Below the pieces are notes generated by a model, which saw only the letters and a program-made list of their open reading frames with translations, was not told the origin of the DNA and ran no database searches. From Phoronis australis (Eukaryota; Animalia; Phoronida), in assembly GCA_002633005.1 (NCBI GenBank), contig NMRA01000048.1, positions 124,001 through 188,000 on the forward strand: a stretch of 64,000 nucleotides of DNA, in the 5' to 3' direction. The position numbers and the translations under genes are program-made. Below, piece by piece: positions 1 to 13,600 of this stretch. How positions within the stretch are numbered: the first letter of the stretch is position 1; the number at the start of each line of letters is the position of its first letter.

Positions 1-2440
1 CTTGCCTCATGCTGTACAGTCGACATCCGATTCGGAGGGCGATCACCCGCTGTTAATATCCTTCTCGTCAGTCAACTGTATGTCAAGTGACTGTGAGCGC
101 ATGCGCGCATTTATCTTAAGTCGGAGGGAGATCAGTAACTCTGTGGTGACTACAGAGTTGTTTTTTTTTCTTAGCGCTTATTTCAAAAATCGTGAATTTT
201 GTGATCTTTGCTGGAAATTCCCTCACAAAGGAAAGTGAATAACTCTATAGTAGACATTGCAAGATGGTACTTTTGTCAGGGATTGAGAAGCTTTCGCTTT
301 CCATGCTTCTTTAAAAGTGCAGCACAAAAGCACTACCAAACACGTTTCCTAGGTGTTTCAATCGATCTGACATTTTAAGGAAACTATGTTGATGATTTAG
401 TTATCCATAAATGGGATCAAAGAATTGCGAATATGCTGTTTGCGATTGTGTTACTCCATGCCTCTAACCGGGACCGGTAACAGCAGTAACACATCCAAAA
501 ATCCCTGTTGTGCGTTTATGTACGGATAAGACTTCCGCCATATTTGTTATGCGCGTGTGCGACTTCGTAACGTGGAATGTCCCGGGCGTGGCCTAAATGC
601 TCTGACCCATCCGCCGTCACGCGCGTGACAGGCGCGACCATAGGAACAATGTGTCAGCATTTATTCAGCGTTCATATGCCATCCGATGTGATGGTAGATC
701 GTAGTCAGATCAACCATCTGAAAATACATGTGAACTCTTGTCAGAGGTCCGGCCTGCCTTTTTATCATTCGATTACAAAACAGACGGCCCATCAGTCTTC
801 TTACTGTGCGATCCAATGACGTAGTTCGCGGTGAGAATACTCACCCTGTGATGAACGCACGGGATTGGCCAGAGTATTAACATTTTGTACATTGATGTTA
901 TGTTAAATTTCCTGTCCTTGTGAATGCTCGTTTCAAGCGTCTTATCTGCCATCTGGTCTACCCTCCACATGCCGTGTTGTACCAGTATTTCGAGTTGTCT
1001 ATTTGTCTCAGTTATTCGCGATACCCATCTGCAGTGGCGGATCTAGGATATCACAAGGGGGGGCCCAACATTTTGTCCGGCTGTAAGCATTTGCGCAAAC
1101 TGAACCACGATTGTAGATGCGCATAGCACCGAATGGGGGTAGGTCGGGAGGGGGGCAAACCCCCCTCCCGCCCAGGAAATTTTTCTGTTTTTACCTCTAA
1201 AAATCAAGCATTTTCCTTGATTCCTCANAATGTGACCTTTAACATTTATTGTTAACAAAACAATGGCGAGTTCAAGCAGCAGCCAGCCCGATTAAGGGGA
1301 AACTGATGTAAGTCCTTACTGCTCAAAATTTGTCATAAAGTTATCGAACTATTCAATACATTCTAAAATGCACTTGCACTACTTTGTGGGAAATCGCTTT
1401 CTTCACTGGCTTGCCTCATGCTGTACAGTCGACATCCGATTCGGAGGGCAATCACCCGCTGTTAACATCCTTCTCGTCAGTCAACTGTATGTCAAGTGAC
1501 TGTGAGCGCATGCGCGCATTTATCTTAAGTCGGAGGGAGATCAGTAACTCTGTGGTGACTACAGAGTTGTTTTTTTTTTCTTAGCGCTTATTTCAAAAAT
1601 CGTGAATTTTGTGATCTTTGCTGGAAATTCCCTCACAAAGGAAAGTGAATAACTCTATAGTAGACATTGCAAGATGGTACTTTTGTTAGGAATTGAGAAG
1701 CTTTCGCTTTCCATGCTTCTTTAAAAGTGCAGCACAAAAGCACTACCAAACACATTTCCTAGGTGTTTCAATCGATCTGACATTTTAAGGAAACTATGTT
1801 GAAGATTTAGTTATCCATAAATGGGGTCAAAAAATTGCGAATATGCTGTTTGCGATTGTGTTACTCCGGGACCGGTAACAGTTTCAAACAGCAGTAACAC
1901 ATCCAAAAATCCCTGTTGTGCCTTTATGTACGGATAAGACTTCCGCCATATTTGTTATGCGCGTGTGCGACTTCGTAACGTGGAATGTCCCGGGCGTGGC
2001 CTAAATGCTCTGACCCATCCGCCGTCACGCGCGTGACAGGCGCGACCATAGGAACAACGTGTCAGCATTTATTCAGCGTTCATATGCCATCCGATGTGAT
2101 GGTAGATCGTAGTCAGATCAACCATCTGAAAAATGTGAACTCTTGTCAGAGGTCCGGCCTGCCTTTTTATCATTCGATTACAAAACAGACCGGCGGCCCA
2201 TCAGTCTTCTTACTGTACGATCCAATGACGTAGTTCGCGGTGAGAAAACTCAGCTTGTGATGAACGCACGGGATTGGCCAGAGTATTAACATTTTGTACA
2301 TTGATGTTATGTTAAATTTCCTGTCCTTGTGAATGCTCGTTTCAAGCGTCTTATCTGCCATCTGGTCTACCCTCCATATGCCGTGTTGTACCAGTATTTC
2401 GAGTTGTCTATTTGTCTCAGTTATTCGCGATACCCATCTG
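1..2440 (+). repeat. Near-identical ~1.03 kb direct duplication (1-1031 vs 1410-2440)
   Basis: The copies align almost base for base with a few indels. Copy 1 is followed by a MITE at 1031 and an N at 1228, so this may be an uncollapsed haplotype. Confidence 0.9.
1031..1227 (+). mobile_element. MITE of the CAGTGGCGGATC family, truncated at the contig join
   Basis: Terminus cagtggcggatctaggat..cacaagggggg is shared with 3779; the element runs into the N at 1228. Confidence 0.7.
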
Positions 2441-2627
2441 ATATGATCGAGAAATATATGACGCTACACCTATGTAGCTACTGGCCCGCCTCTTACTTCG
2501 ATGCGAGCTTTATGATAAAATCAAGAGCCCAACATGATCACGTGACTTTGTACCACCAGGATAACATTGTCCTGGATTTTCATTGCATGTAAAAGTCGAA
2601 TCAAGTTCCTTGAACATTTTGTTCTAG

Positions 2628-2712
2628 TGGAGTTATCACGCTTGCGAAAGGCATAGATTTTGAAACAGATCAATATTATAAATTACAAGTAGCGGCTTCG
2701 GATGGATTACAG
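2628..2712 (+). CDS. Orphan cadherin exon (85-nt type C)
   Basis: ctag|...|gtaag; GVITLAKGIDFETDQYYKLQVAASDGLQ; same length and phases as exons 12263, 18401 and 22578. Confidence 0.85.
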
Positions 2713-3265
2713 GTAAGTTACGAACTATGAAATAAAAACAGGTATCCAAGTCCATGTTGACAAGTATTAGTTTAGGATAAAAGTGAGTTTCAATTTTAGG
2801 TTATGTGCTGTCGCTTTTCTTACGTCCAGTGTATCGTAGATCTGAATGTGGGATAATTATTTAAAGAATGTCTTAAGCACGCCACACGATAAAGCCTATG
2901 CTTAGAAACAAGCAGCATGTCCCTACAGCCGTAAACGATAGACAAACCTAAGGCGTTTGTCACGCTTGCTTATGTAACAGCCATTCAAGGAGTTTTCACA
3001 CATGTTCCGAACTTAAGAAGATTGCATGTCACTATTTCGTTTCAAACTTTGAATCAGCCGTGCAGTCGTAGCAAATGTCTGTTTGAACATGCCTTTTAGC
3101 AAAGTCTAACTTGCTGAATGTATTTTCAGTAATTGTTTTTCATTACGTCATAATAAATGGCATTAAACGCATCCCCCCTTGCTTTTCACTGCAACTTAGC
3201 CCGTAGCATTTCACAAGGTTATTATAAAATGTATTGTTTTTTAAGCAAGTCATTTCACGTTCCAG

Positions 3266-3444
3266 ACTGTCGTTTCCCAAGTGGAGATTGATGTCATAGA
3301 TGTGAACGAATACAGCCCAGAATTTTCCAAGAGATTTTACACAATGAATTCACAACGCCAGATCGGCGTCGTTGGCGTAGTCAGGGCTTCAGATAAAGAC
3401 CTCATGTCTAATGTGGTTACCTACCACTTAAAAGGTTATTCAGA
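3266..3444 (+). CDS. Orphan cadherin exon (179-nt type D)
   Basis: tccag|...|gtaag; TVVSQVEIDVIDVNEYSPEFSKRFYTM...VRASDKDLMSNVVTYHLKGYS; same length and phases as exon 14657. Confidence 0.88.
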
Positions 3445-5365
3445 GTAAGTGCATGGGAGTCACAACACAGGGGTATTTGAAAATGATAGTGAGGTGCTGT
3501 CAACCTCCATGGAAAACGAAATATATACTTTGAATATGATGACGTATCATGGTGGTCTACTGGTGTGGATATCTTGCGCAGGTTGCATAAAACAAGTATG
3601 TCACTAAAATTTTCGTCGCAAAATAGCACTGGTAGAAGGAATGGTTCTTATTCTTATGATGATCAAGAAACCCCACGGGCGGCTATAGCCCTCCCCCCAG
3701 CCCCCTATGGTGCGCCACCCATGGCACCGTGAGTAGAGCAGCACTGAAATANGGCCACTTACTAAACGGTGAATACGCCAGTGGCGGATCTAGGATACCA
3801 CAAGGGGGGCCCAACATGACACCTCGGAGAAATGGGCAAAGCTCGATTGTATGCACAGGTGGCTCGAATGTTGTGGGGGTTGGCGATATGGACCTGGTGT
3901 TCCGGAATTCTACCGTTGGGCTCGATATTTTCTCACGCTTCATGCTGTTGCTGTGTAATTTTTGCTTGCACCAGTCATGGGGGGCCCTTGGCCTGTACGC
4001 AATCATCACGTAGTAACAATTAACAATCACCCGAAATACATTTTAGTTATAAATCCAACGTACAGTCACGATGCATTGAAATGTTTCTGCAAAATGTTAT
4101 TGTTCATGTTAACTCTACATTATACACAACATAGTCTACGATGTTGACCGTACGCCGATCGGTGAGCCAGACTATTTTCATTCACTAAACGATAAGACAT
4201 GAATAGAACGTTTTCCGTTTGAAATGCACATACATGTAAATGAAATCCTGGCAAAAAGTATATTAGATCATACTTGGGAGAACATAGAAACCAAATAAAT
4301 GGATAACTTACTTCAGAAATGGGACTTCTTTGAGTCAATCGAGGTGTCGATGTGCTTTCGAAACCAGCCATCACTGTTTTGCTTTCGGCGACCTTTCACC
4401 TCTCTGAGGTCATCAGGCCATTTCCAAATAAGGCACCGCAAGGCATTTTGGGACTGTAATGTCGGACTTGACGAGCACGAAGGCGTGTCTTTTTGGTCAA
4501 CTTTCAAACGTAAAGAAAAATACTCCAAACTCATCTAAAACTCACTATATTTACGAAACCTACAAAAAAACTTGTACGCCACGATGTGATACAGGTTTCA
4601 TGCAAGATGAGTAACATTTACTTTCTTATTTTATACTATTTTTCACGTTCCAAGCCACTTTAAATTTTCTATAAAAACTGAAACGTATGAGTTTTAGCAG
4701 TCATTTTCTAATGAACTTTGAAATTTGTTTAATGAAGCCAGCGTCCACATTGCTTAATCCAACGGCTTCTATTAGAAATGGCCTCAGTGTGGTCAGATTG
4801 TTCAAAAAGACCAAACGTCGGTTAACACCACTATCCTGCGTCTGTCTTTAATTTTGGGTATTGCATTAACCCTTCAACAGATAGTGCTTTGATACCGCAT
4901 GTATATAGTATTTGGGAAATCGTACAAAACAGCACTGCCAATTGATGTAGACCTTTTCATGTTAATGCCATTCCATGCGGTCGGAAAATCAGTTTACCTC
5001 AGCACAAATGTACAAGTTAAAGTAACCAAGGTAGCGTCTAAACGTATAATGCGTGTCAGCGGTCAGTCGATCACCTGCGTTTCGTTCATCCCAAAACCCC
5101 AGACTATTGCATGTGTACCCATCGGTTTTCGCTATTCGTGGTCGTAAATCCATTGTCTCATTAGGAACTACATTAGCCTTTAAACCAATTTAGTGAATGA
5201 ATGTAGTGTGAAATCAAATATCCGGCTGTTTTCGGCAAAACTCTCTCCAGATGTGATGATAGTCCCTGCTCACGAATGCCACTCGTCACTCGCGGATGGA
5301 TTCTTCAAATCGCATGAACTCGCAACAACTGTAACTGTGAGACGTCTTTTTGATTATCGTTCCAG

Positions 5366-5485
5366 AAAAAAACGGCATCCACATTAGGTGTGAAATTCCC
5401 CTTCCAAAAGTACACCGTGACTTTGACAGAAGGAACTTCGGTGGGAACTGTTGTTATGCGATTCAACAGAAAAGTAGAGGGATAA
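5366..5485 (+). CDS. Orphan cadherin exon (type A), possibly terminal
   Basis: tccag|KKTASTLGVKFPFQKYTVTLTEGTSVGTVVMRFNRKVEG*; only a weak donor (GTAGAG at 5474); AATAAA at 5511. Confidence 0.7.
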   Translation, partial: KKTASTLGVKFPFQKYTVTLTEGTSVGTVVMRFNRKVEG

Positions 5486-7119
5486 AATATTTGTATAAAA
5501 CTCTTGCGACAATAAAGCTGATATGTTGAAAGGAGGTTTTGTGTTATAATTTACCCAGAGGTATTCTTATAGATGAGGTATATACGGCACATGCTATGTG
5601 GAAGAGCGACATTTTCACGACCAATTTTCCTTTATTTATTTTACAAAATTACCTGTGCATGCTGTGAAAGGGTGTCATTTACCACAAAGACTCTACAAAA
5701 GTTTTAATTTAGGAGCTCAAAACTCCGCAGAGGAGTCCCAAGAGTCTCCTTTTCAACCACACATATCTGTGAAAGGTTTTCAATTTTATCTCTTGGCTAC
5801 TTTAAATGCTTTTATCCCATACATGTACGCGTTGAATCAGTCGAGTGCAACACGGCCATGTGATGTTGTTTTCCGTGTTCACCTCCCGCACTACTTCAAC
5901 AGTGCCCTCTGACATGGAAAGTTCAAAAGGTAAGCCAATGTCGACTCGACGTCGTTAGCCGGTTCGATCATCAAACTTTCCGAAAATAGTTTGAAGTGAT
6001 ACAAGTGCAGCAGTATAAATAACGCTCAACACGCAATCAGGTCCCAAACGTAACATCAGGTACAAAACAATTAATTATGTGACACTTCTGTCTCATTTTT
6101 CAATTGATAAATATTATATCGTCTCAGGCGCCGATTGCTCGGTAACTACAATGTCAAATATTGTTGTTACTTAAGTATTTTCAGGAAATGTTACAAGTTC
6201 AATGCAATACTTATCGTTGTTTTCATCTTTCTTATCTCTTTTCAAATAATTAATCGTTACATTTAAAACTGTTTATTCTACTAGAGAAAACTTGTAACTT
6301 GACGCGCAAGTCAAATGAATACATATAGGATGTGATCCGCCACGTGAACAGTCTGAGTGAAGTATTTAAGAAATCTGCCGAAAACATGAAAGAAACTTAG
6401 GAATTCGAAGCGTATGGAATAAATACAAAACATACCTCGATTGGCGTAGATGAAGTAATATCCCACTTGACATTAGTCCGCGGAATAATGTCTCGTGGGA
6501 GTTTACTCTCGGTACGATTTGTGTATTTATTCAAGCAGTGTCTTCATCTTAGCACTACTACAGTTGCACTATTTCGAGCTATAAAATACATTCTCGGCGA
6601 GAAAATAATTTTTCATAAATTAGCAGATTCTAAGCCCAGAACTCCGCAATGACAGCCGAACGCTCTACCACTTTTATAAAAAAGCCGCGAAATAAGGCAT
6701 TATTTCAAATATTAGACCATGGGCCTAACGGCGCGGCAATACGGTGTTGCAAAACTATTCGCAAAGAAGCTCCAAAGATACACAGGCAAACGTAAAAGAA
6801 TGCCATTAAGAGACACAGCAGTAATCAAAATGAGTGCGCCTTTATGTGTATAAATGTATGGGCCTATGGCTATGTAGGGGGCACACTCTGGGCTTATATG
6901 ATATACAAAACTTAGGTGCATGCGCAAAAAGCGAACCATTTGGGTACAAAGCAAGGAAAAAGTGCAGTATTTCGGATTTAGGCCCGTACATCTAAAATGC
7001 GACAGTACGGTACGGTCCTGCTTTCAGCGCACCCTTAAATAGAGCGTCACCCATTGGCCAATTTCCTTTTTCACCAATTCAGAAATCAACTTGTTTTCTT
7101 CGAGAAACTTGTGTACATG

Positions 7120-8150
7120 TCACAACAAATTATCGAAATTGGGTTCACTTCATTTAAAGCTTTTACTGTTTTAATGCCGCAAACCGAATTTCTGAGCAAA
7201 TTTTGCTTTGGCGTAGCTGTCATCTTCCAAAATACTTCACAAAAAATCAAACGAATGGCGCGCGCGCGAGTCACGAGCTTTTGTTTTCAAAACGACCCCT
7301 TCGTAATGAATTATGCAAGAAAATGACGTTTATTAGATTGTTTTTCACTTAAACGGCTGCAACGGGTAAAGTGAGTGACGGTTCACTCCCAGAATTTGCA
7401 TGCACCCCTGACGGTCGTTAGCTCTGCACGTTGATATAAGTTTCACGACGAGGTTTTTGCGAGCAGAACTAACCGGGGTGTGTGAAATTTCGGGTCTACC
7501 GGATCTGTAAACTAACTATACACCTTTGCGCCGATGTGAGTAAAAAGTGAGCAGATAAAATCTGACACAGAATTAGTGTTATTAAAAACTACTCGAGTAC
7601 ACTACACTATTTACCGTTATTCTGCTGCTATAATTGTGGTGAAATCTATTGCGTCGGCTTTCGGCGCCACGAAATATTGCGTTACTTATTAGCCACTGTT
7701 TTTTTCGCCCATTCTTCAATCAACTGTTGGTTCTTTCACGAGGTTGCGTACACGTCACAACAAAATATTAGACCTGGTTTCACTTCATTATAAGTTTTTC
7801 AAATTTTAATACTATCAAACCGAGTTTCAGAACAAATTTTTGCTGCTGCGAAGCTGTCATCATCTCCCGAGAGATGTCGCAAATATAGAAAATGGCGCGT
7901 GCGCGTGTCACGAGCGCTGAGTTTTCAAAACGACGATATACTTTCCTTTGTAACGCGCAGAATTACGCAAGAAAATGAGTGACGTTTTTTTGGATTGTTT
8001 TTCACTTAAAGGGCTGCAACGGGTAAGGTGAGTGTCGGTTGACTCCCAGATGTTGCATGCACCCCGCCGGTCTTTAGCTCTACATATTGATTTAAGTTTC
8101 ACCGCGAGGTGACGAGCAGTACCCGGGCTGTGTGCAATTTCGAAGTCTGT
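7120..8150 (+). repeat. Two diverged tandem copies of a ~380-bp repeat (about 7120-7500 and 7755-8150)
   Basis: Shared blocks ttcacttcatt..., gcgcg.gtcacgagc, ggctgcaacgggtaa.gtgagtg.cggtt.actcccaga. Confidence 0.75.
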
Positions 8151-10454
8151 TGGAGCTCAACACACAGTTTTCTAGCTGTATTTTGACAATAGTCTTCATA
8201 CAGACAGCTGGCTGGCTAAGTGCTACCTAGCTGTATTCTGGCGATACTTTTCATACAGCTTGTTGGCTGCTTAGGCTTTAAGCACCCGTGTCCGTAATGT
8301 AGAGTACCGTTGCTACTGTACGAATGACTCGATCAGCGTCCGTCTGAGAACTTTCGTCACAGTTTTGCAGCTTTGATTCTCGTGCGCGTTCAAGGTGGTT
8401 AGCTGCGTAAAAAAAAGTGAAAAGTGAAGGAATATAATAAAAAATGCTCGCACTGTAGTGATGCTTGACATTGAGTCATCTTTGAAAATTTGTTAATGGT
8501 ATTTTCTAGATTTCTGTGTTTCCATCCGTTTGTTTTTGATGCAACTCTACTGTTGAGAACAGGCGAGTATGTTTCGGAGAATAGACCACGTATACCGGTA
8601 GGCCTAGTGTATTATATATAGATTATTACATGGCGTTATCCCCGTTATCTAGAGCCCGAGTGGATTTTGGAGAATTATCGCCCGAGGGGCGTTAGCCCCG
8701 AGGGTGATAATTCTACAAAATCTCTTGGACGTTAACACCCTGAAGGACTCGTCGTGTGGCTACAGTTCAACTGAAAAAAATCAAACGCATTCAGTTATGT
8801 TTGTTAGACTAGATCTCACTTAGGAATAATGAAAAAACGATGAAATGCAATTAATAATTAACCTATCAACTAATTCAGGCTCCGTATTATTCTAAAATTA
8901 TTGACATAATACCGTAACTTGAACGACTATTCAGGCCAATGCAGAGAAAAAAATGTACGTTCACGATCGCTTTTTTGCGTTCACGATCGCCATAGAGAAT
9001 TTAACGATATCGTTCCCGATCGCCGTCTCACACAAGGACCTGCTTGTATTGGTAAACATCTCAAATTGTTTCACAAATCATAACTAACAAAGGTGTCACC
9101 AGGGACGATTAAACTATAAACGTCACAATGTCTCTTCTTAAGAACCATGGAATTGCTAATAACAAGTAGAAATTGTCGATTTTACGAGGCGCAAGGCATT
9201 TTACCGAAAGCCATTGCTTTCTGAGCTCTTTATTTTAAAAAATAAGCAAAAGCCAAGTATTATTTCACAACAAAGGTTACACTCTGACGCTTTTCTGTGT
9301 GTAACATTTGTACCAAAGTGGCCTCTATTTAAGCAGAAAGTGACACTTAAACTCACCGGGTACGTGACTGTCGTCTGCCATTTTTGGTGCAAGGTTTTGT
9401 TCTCGATCGCCTTCCGGGCGTTCTCGATCGCCTTCCGGGTGTTCTCGATCGCGGGTTGGCCGGGATGTTTACAAATTTCCGGATCTCTGTTAATTCTTGA
9501 TTTGCCTATGTGCCGAAAATCTAGTTAAGCCAACTACCTTTCGACATAGGTCTTGGGGACGTGTGCTTGTATTGTCCAATTAAGTAGGCGACAACGTGGT
9601 GTGTTGGTGTGCACGAGACATATTGTCGCGGCACTGGACATACATGTAGTATCGTCCGGACAATATGCGTCGTCGTTGACGGCGCAAGTAGTCGCATAGG
9701 CTCATTCATTTGTCACCCAGCCGACATGTGTCGAATGGTGACAGGAGAGGAAAACTCGGCTATTGTTACAAGGTTGGTCGAATACTTTGGATTGTGTTTA
9801 GTCACTTTCATTAGATGATGAATTGTCACAGTCACGTATAAAAATATTACAAATGAAATACAGAATTGGCGTGAAAAACGGTTGCAACCATTTACAATTG
9901 AATGTGTTTACATCAACTCTAAAATGCAATAGGCTAGTGACAGTGTGATGTCAAGAAATAAGGATGGAGCATTTAAACCTGTTGACAGTACGACCTACAT
10001 TGTACTAGCCGAAGGTGCAGCTGTGAAAATCTCCGCATTGGGTGGAAGATAAGTGACGATGTCCCCACTGGTCGTCACAGTTTTTCACAGATCCTGATTG
10101 TTCGTGTTGCCCTCACCCGTTGCTGTCCCCCATTGTCGAAGTCAATGCCGCCAGGGGTCCGCTCCTATAGTACCTAGCACCGTCGCTGTAAAATAAAGTG
10201 AGAAAAGAGTGGCGGAAGGACTCTCACGGGGGGGGTAAATTCTTGTTATACTCAGATCATCGTCATTGAACAAATGGATGAAAAAATATGTGAAAATTTT
10301 GAACAAATGTTACCTATATAGGTGCATATGCCTAAACGTGTTCATTTATATGACAAACCGGCACACAGTGGATGGTGTGGCAACCTTCAGTTGGCAAATA
10401 TGCGTCTATGGTTATAACCGTTTTCAGTCATCTTGGCGTCAAAGTTGAGCTGCC

Positions 10455-10607
10455 ATGACTTGTCCGTGTTGCGTCGTCGTTTATGCAATTCCGTTCATGG
10501 TGACAACGCTGGGCATGGAATTTAGACAAGAGTACACCGTAGAAATAATGGAATCACACGCTCTAGAAGTACCAGTGATTACCTTAAAAGCTACAACTAG
10601 GAATCCG
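10455..10607 (+). CDS. Cadherin gene exon 1: signal peptide and start of EC1
   Basis: GCCATG with an upstream in-frame TGA; MTCPCCVVVYAIPFMVTTLG-MEFRQEYTVEIMESHALEVPVITLKATTRNP|gtaag. Confidence 0.8.
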
Positions 10608-13600
10608 GTAAGCTAAAATCTACATCATCAATTCTCCAATATTTTGACAAAGCCGCTGCGTAGCTTTGAAATCTATCATTTCAAAATCAAGATTCTTTCT
10701 TAAGTTTTCTATTCAGATACAGACTGCTTTCCACAATACGAAATGTCGATAAAGAATTTGACGCAAGTACGTGGAATTCTTTCACGACTATTATTATGAG
10801 GACGACAGAATTGTCGCAATACCAAGCATATATTTCTGACCACATTACGTACCTTACACTGATTCTCTGTCCATCACTTTCAGAACCCGATAACGTATAG
10901 AATGAATACGCCAACGTCTGAACAATTTCGTGTGGATCGGAGCAGGTAGCCGGCTTCCAGAGCTTGTATTGGAACCAGGGGTGCGTTTAAGCAGGGACGT
11001 GTCTCTGATACTCCTGAGCTTACTTAAACCTCATTGCGCGAGATCACCATATTTAGGCGCAAGACCACTAAAGTTCAAGCGCACATCACGGGCTTTGAGA
11101 AAGCGCTAAATACGGGAAAACAGTGCTGACTGTGTGGCTAATGGGATTCGGAGATGAAGATTCTGGTTACTTGCTAGTTGATAGGCATGATCATAAAGAC
11201 CACGCAACTTCACGCGAGTGTTGAAGGGCGAGTGTCCGGTCTCGCGCATAAGCTCGGAACCTGGCCCGCCCCCCATTAGGCGATTGGTCGAGCGACGCTG
11301 CAATGTTAAAGTGCCCAAAAATATAAGCGAAAACGATTTCCCATTAATTCACAAGCAGCCATCATTTCTCGTCGTAAATGTTTCGCGAGTGTTTGGCCCT
11401 TTGGAACGCACCCCTGTTTTGTTGTCTAGGAGCGTGTGCGGAGACACCGTGTAGACAGTTAATGACTTGCAGTACGTTTGCTTGAACTATTTAGGCCAAA
11501 TGAGCATGCAAGTCATAACTTGAAAAATTCAGACTTGCAATCTGTCTCCAGGGCCCGGTCTCTAATCTTTATACTCGAAACGAACTCGAAACTATTTTTG
11601 GCAATTTCTCTGCTCCTTTTGTCCGAACTTAAGATAATTGGTTATCAGACTGTGCTCGAATACATTATAGTTTATGCATAGGAGTTTCTAGTTCAAGTTT
11701 GCCCTTGATGACCCTTATATTCGTGCTACAAACTCGAGTAAAAACTCGAAATTTCGAGTTCAAACTCGAACTTATTGCTTTAATATTGGGTTTACAAACT
11801 GTGAACTAAGGGCAATAAATTATCTANAATTTCACTGTTTACAATTAATTTACAATAGTAAAACATGTAATGTGAGTGTAATATTGTTCAATACAATGGC
11901 ACTGATGGGACCATATTACTTGTTTTACAAAAAAGTCACCAAAACTGTTGTTTTTACAAATATAAGTTTACTAAACTCTTTGGTGATTATTAGGTAAATT
12001 CAAACTCAAATTTCTCAAAAATGTGCAAGTTTATATGTGGGAACTTTTTAGATTTTGAAAACACTCGAATAAATGAACTAAAAAACACCAAAATAAAATT
12101 GCCCTCCTAAAGTACTCACAAAAACCATTTTCTAGAGGCCCTACAAAATCTGGCCCACCGACTACTAGAGATTGCCAACTGTTATAGCTTATAATGAGAC
12201 GGGTCCCAGTTGATCACAACATTTCTTCGCTGTCGAATAATTCTGGAATGCCAACATTGCAGCGGCGAAGTCAAATTGACGAGACCACTTGACTTCGAGA
12301 AGGTGACTTCATACACATTCGGTGTAGTTGCGACAGATGGCGTACATGTAAGTTTTCACCAATTAGTTGCCTTGGTATGTGCGTGTGCCAGTACTTTTCA
12401 TGGGCGGCGCAGCTCTGAAATAAGTGAGGGGCTATAGCCAACTCCACCCCCCCCCCTCCTAGCCTGCGATGGTGCGCTGCCCATGCTTTTACATGAAGCG
12501 CCAAAGGATTCTTAAAGCAGTACATTTCTACGCCGGGGTTGAAATGTATGAAGCGTCAAAGGGTTCTTAAATGGGTACGAGTAGATTAAGCAAAAGTACC
12601 CACAGAATAAGCACATTTCAACGCGTGTAACTGTATTCATTTAAGAACCCTTTGGCTTTCCATACTCTAAGACGTCCTAACGCCCGTGCGTGTATGTGCA
12701 CTTGGCGAACAATACATGTGTGTACGTGATGGAGGAGGAGTAATTCGCTAAAAGCGTAGGTCACGATTTCCCGTTTGCCAGTCTTTGAAAGGAGTTTCAA
12801 ATTTTGCTCAAACCCTTTAAGGGTTGTTCAGGGTTGCAGAGCATTATTTGGTTTCAGAGAACTGGATAAGAAAGTCGTTTTTGTTATCATTTAATAGGCC
12901 ACAATCGAGTTTTGTATACTTTTAATATACAGTTTATTCAGCAGTGATATTGGCTATTTTCCGGTAGTTTAATTTATGACGCGCATACAAAGCGGATAAA
13001 AATCTGAGAGGAGTTATCAAATAATTTCTTATTTATATTTTGTTTTAAGGGATTTGACAATTGCCGTATATTTGATTATAACTTCACTTTTTGTGCCTCT
13101 AGTGTAAATAAAACACCCAATTTAACTGGTTTAAATTGTTGATTTTTTGACTTTATATAAAGTTAAAGCCCGGTGTTTAGTTCTGCTGATTTGACTTCTG
13201 TCCTACACAAATAGCCAAGTTCTTCAAACTTGTTAGCGCGTTAAGGTCTCATCATTATGGACTTATTTTCAAATAGAAAGCCAATTAAGTATAAATTTCC
13301 CCTTGAAACACAATATTTCGAACTCTGCTTTTCATGGTAACTTTTTCAACCCGTGTTATTTTTTACCACAACTTTTCAGACCAGTTCATGCCCGTGAAAT
13401 TTGAAAAAAAATAGACGCCGCTCTAGATTTAATACTGCAAAGTTGAACTATATCAAGAGCTAGACCTATCAAAACTCGTGTGTAAAAACTTACCGTTTTG
13501 AATAACGACCAATTGAAGCAAATAATCACATAAACAACAAGTGACTTCCTTGCAAGCAGACATACGGGAATTTGCTTTCTGTATGTGGCCTTGATTTTCA

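Noticed and set aside
2421-2592. Exon after the tctcag acceptor
   Set aside because: No cadherin-like translation and no convincing donor in any phase.
10717-10765. Possible cadherin exon YRLLSTIRNVDKEFDA
   Set aside because: Phase is incompatible with exon 1; 10884-10945 fits instead.
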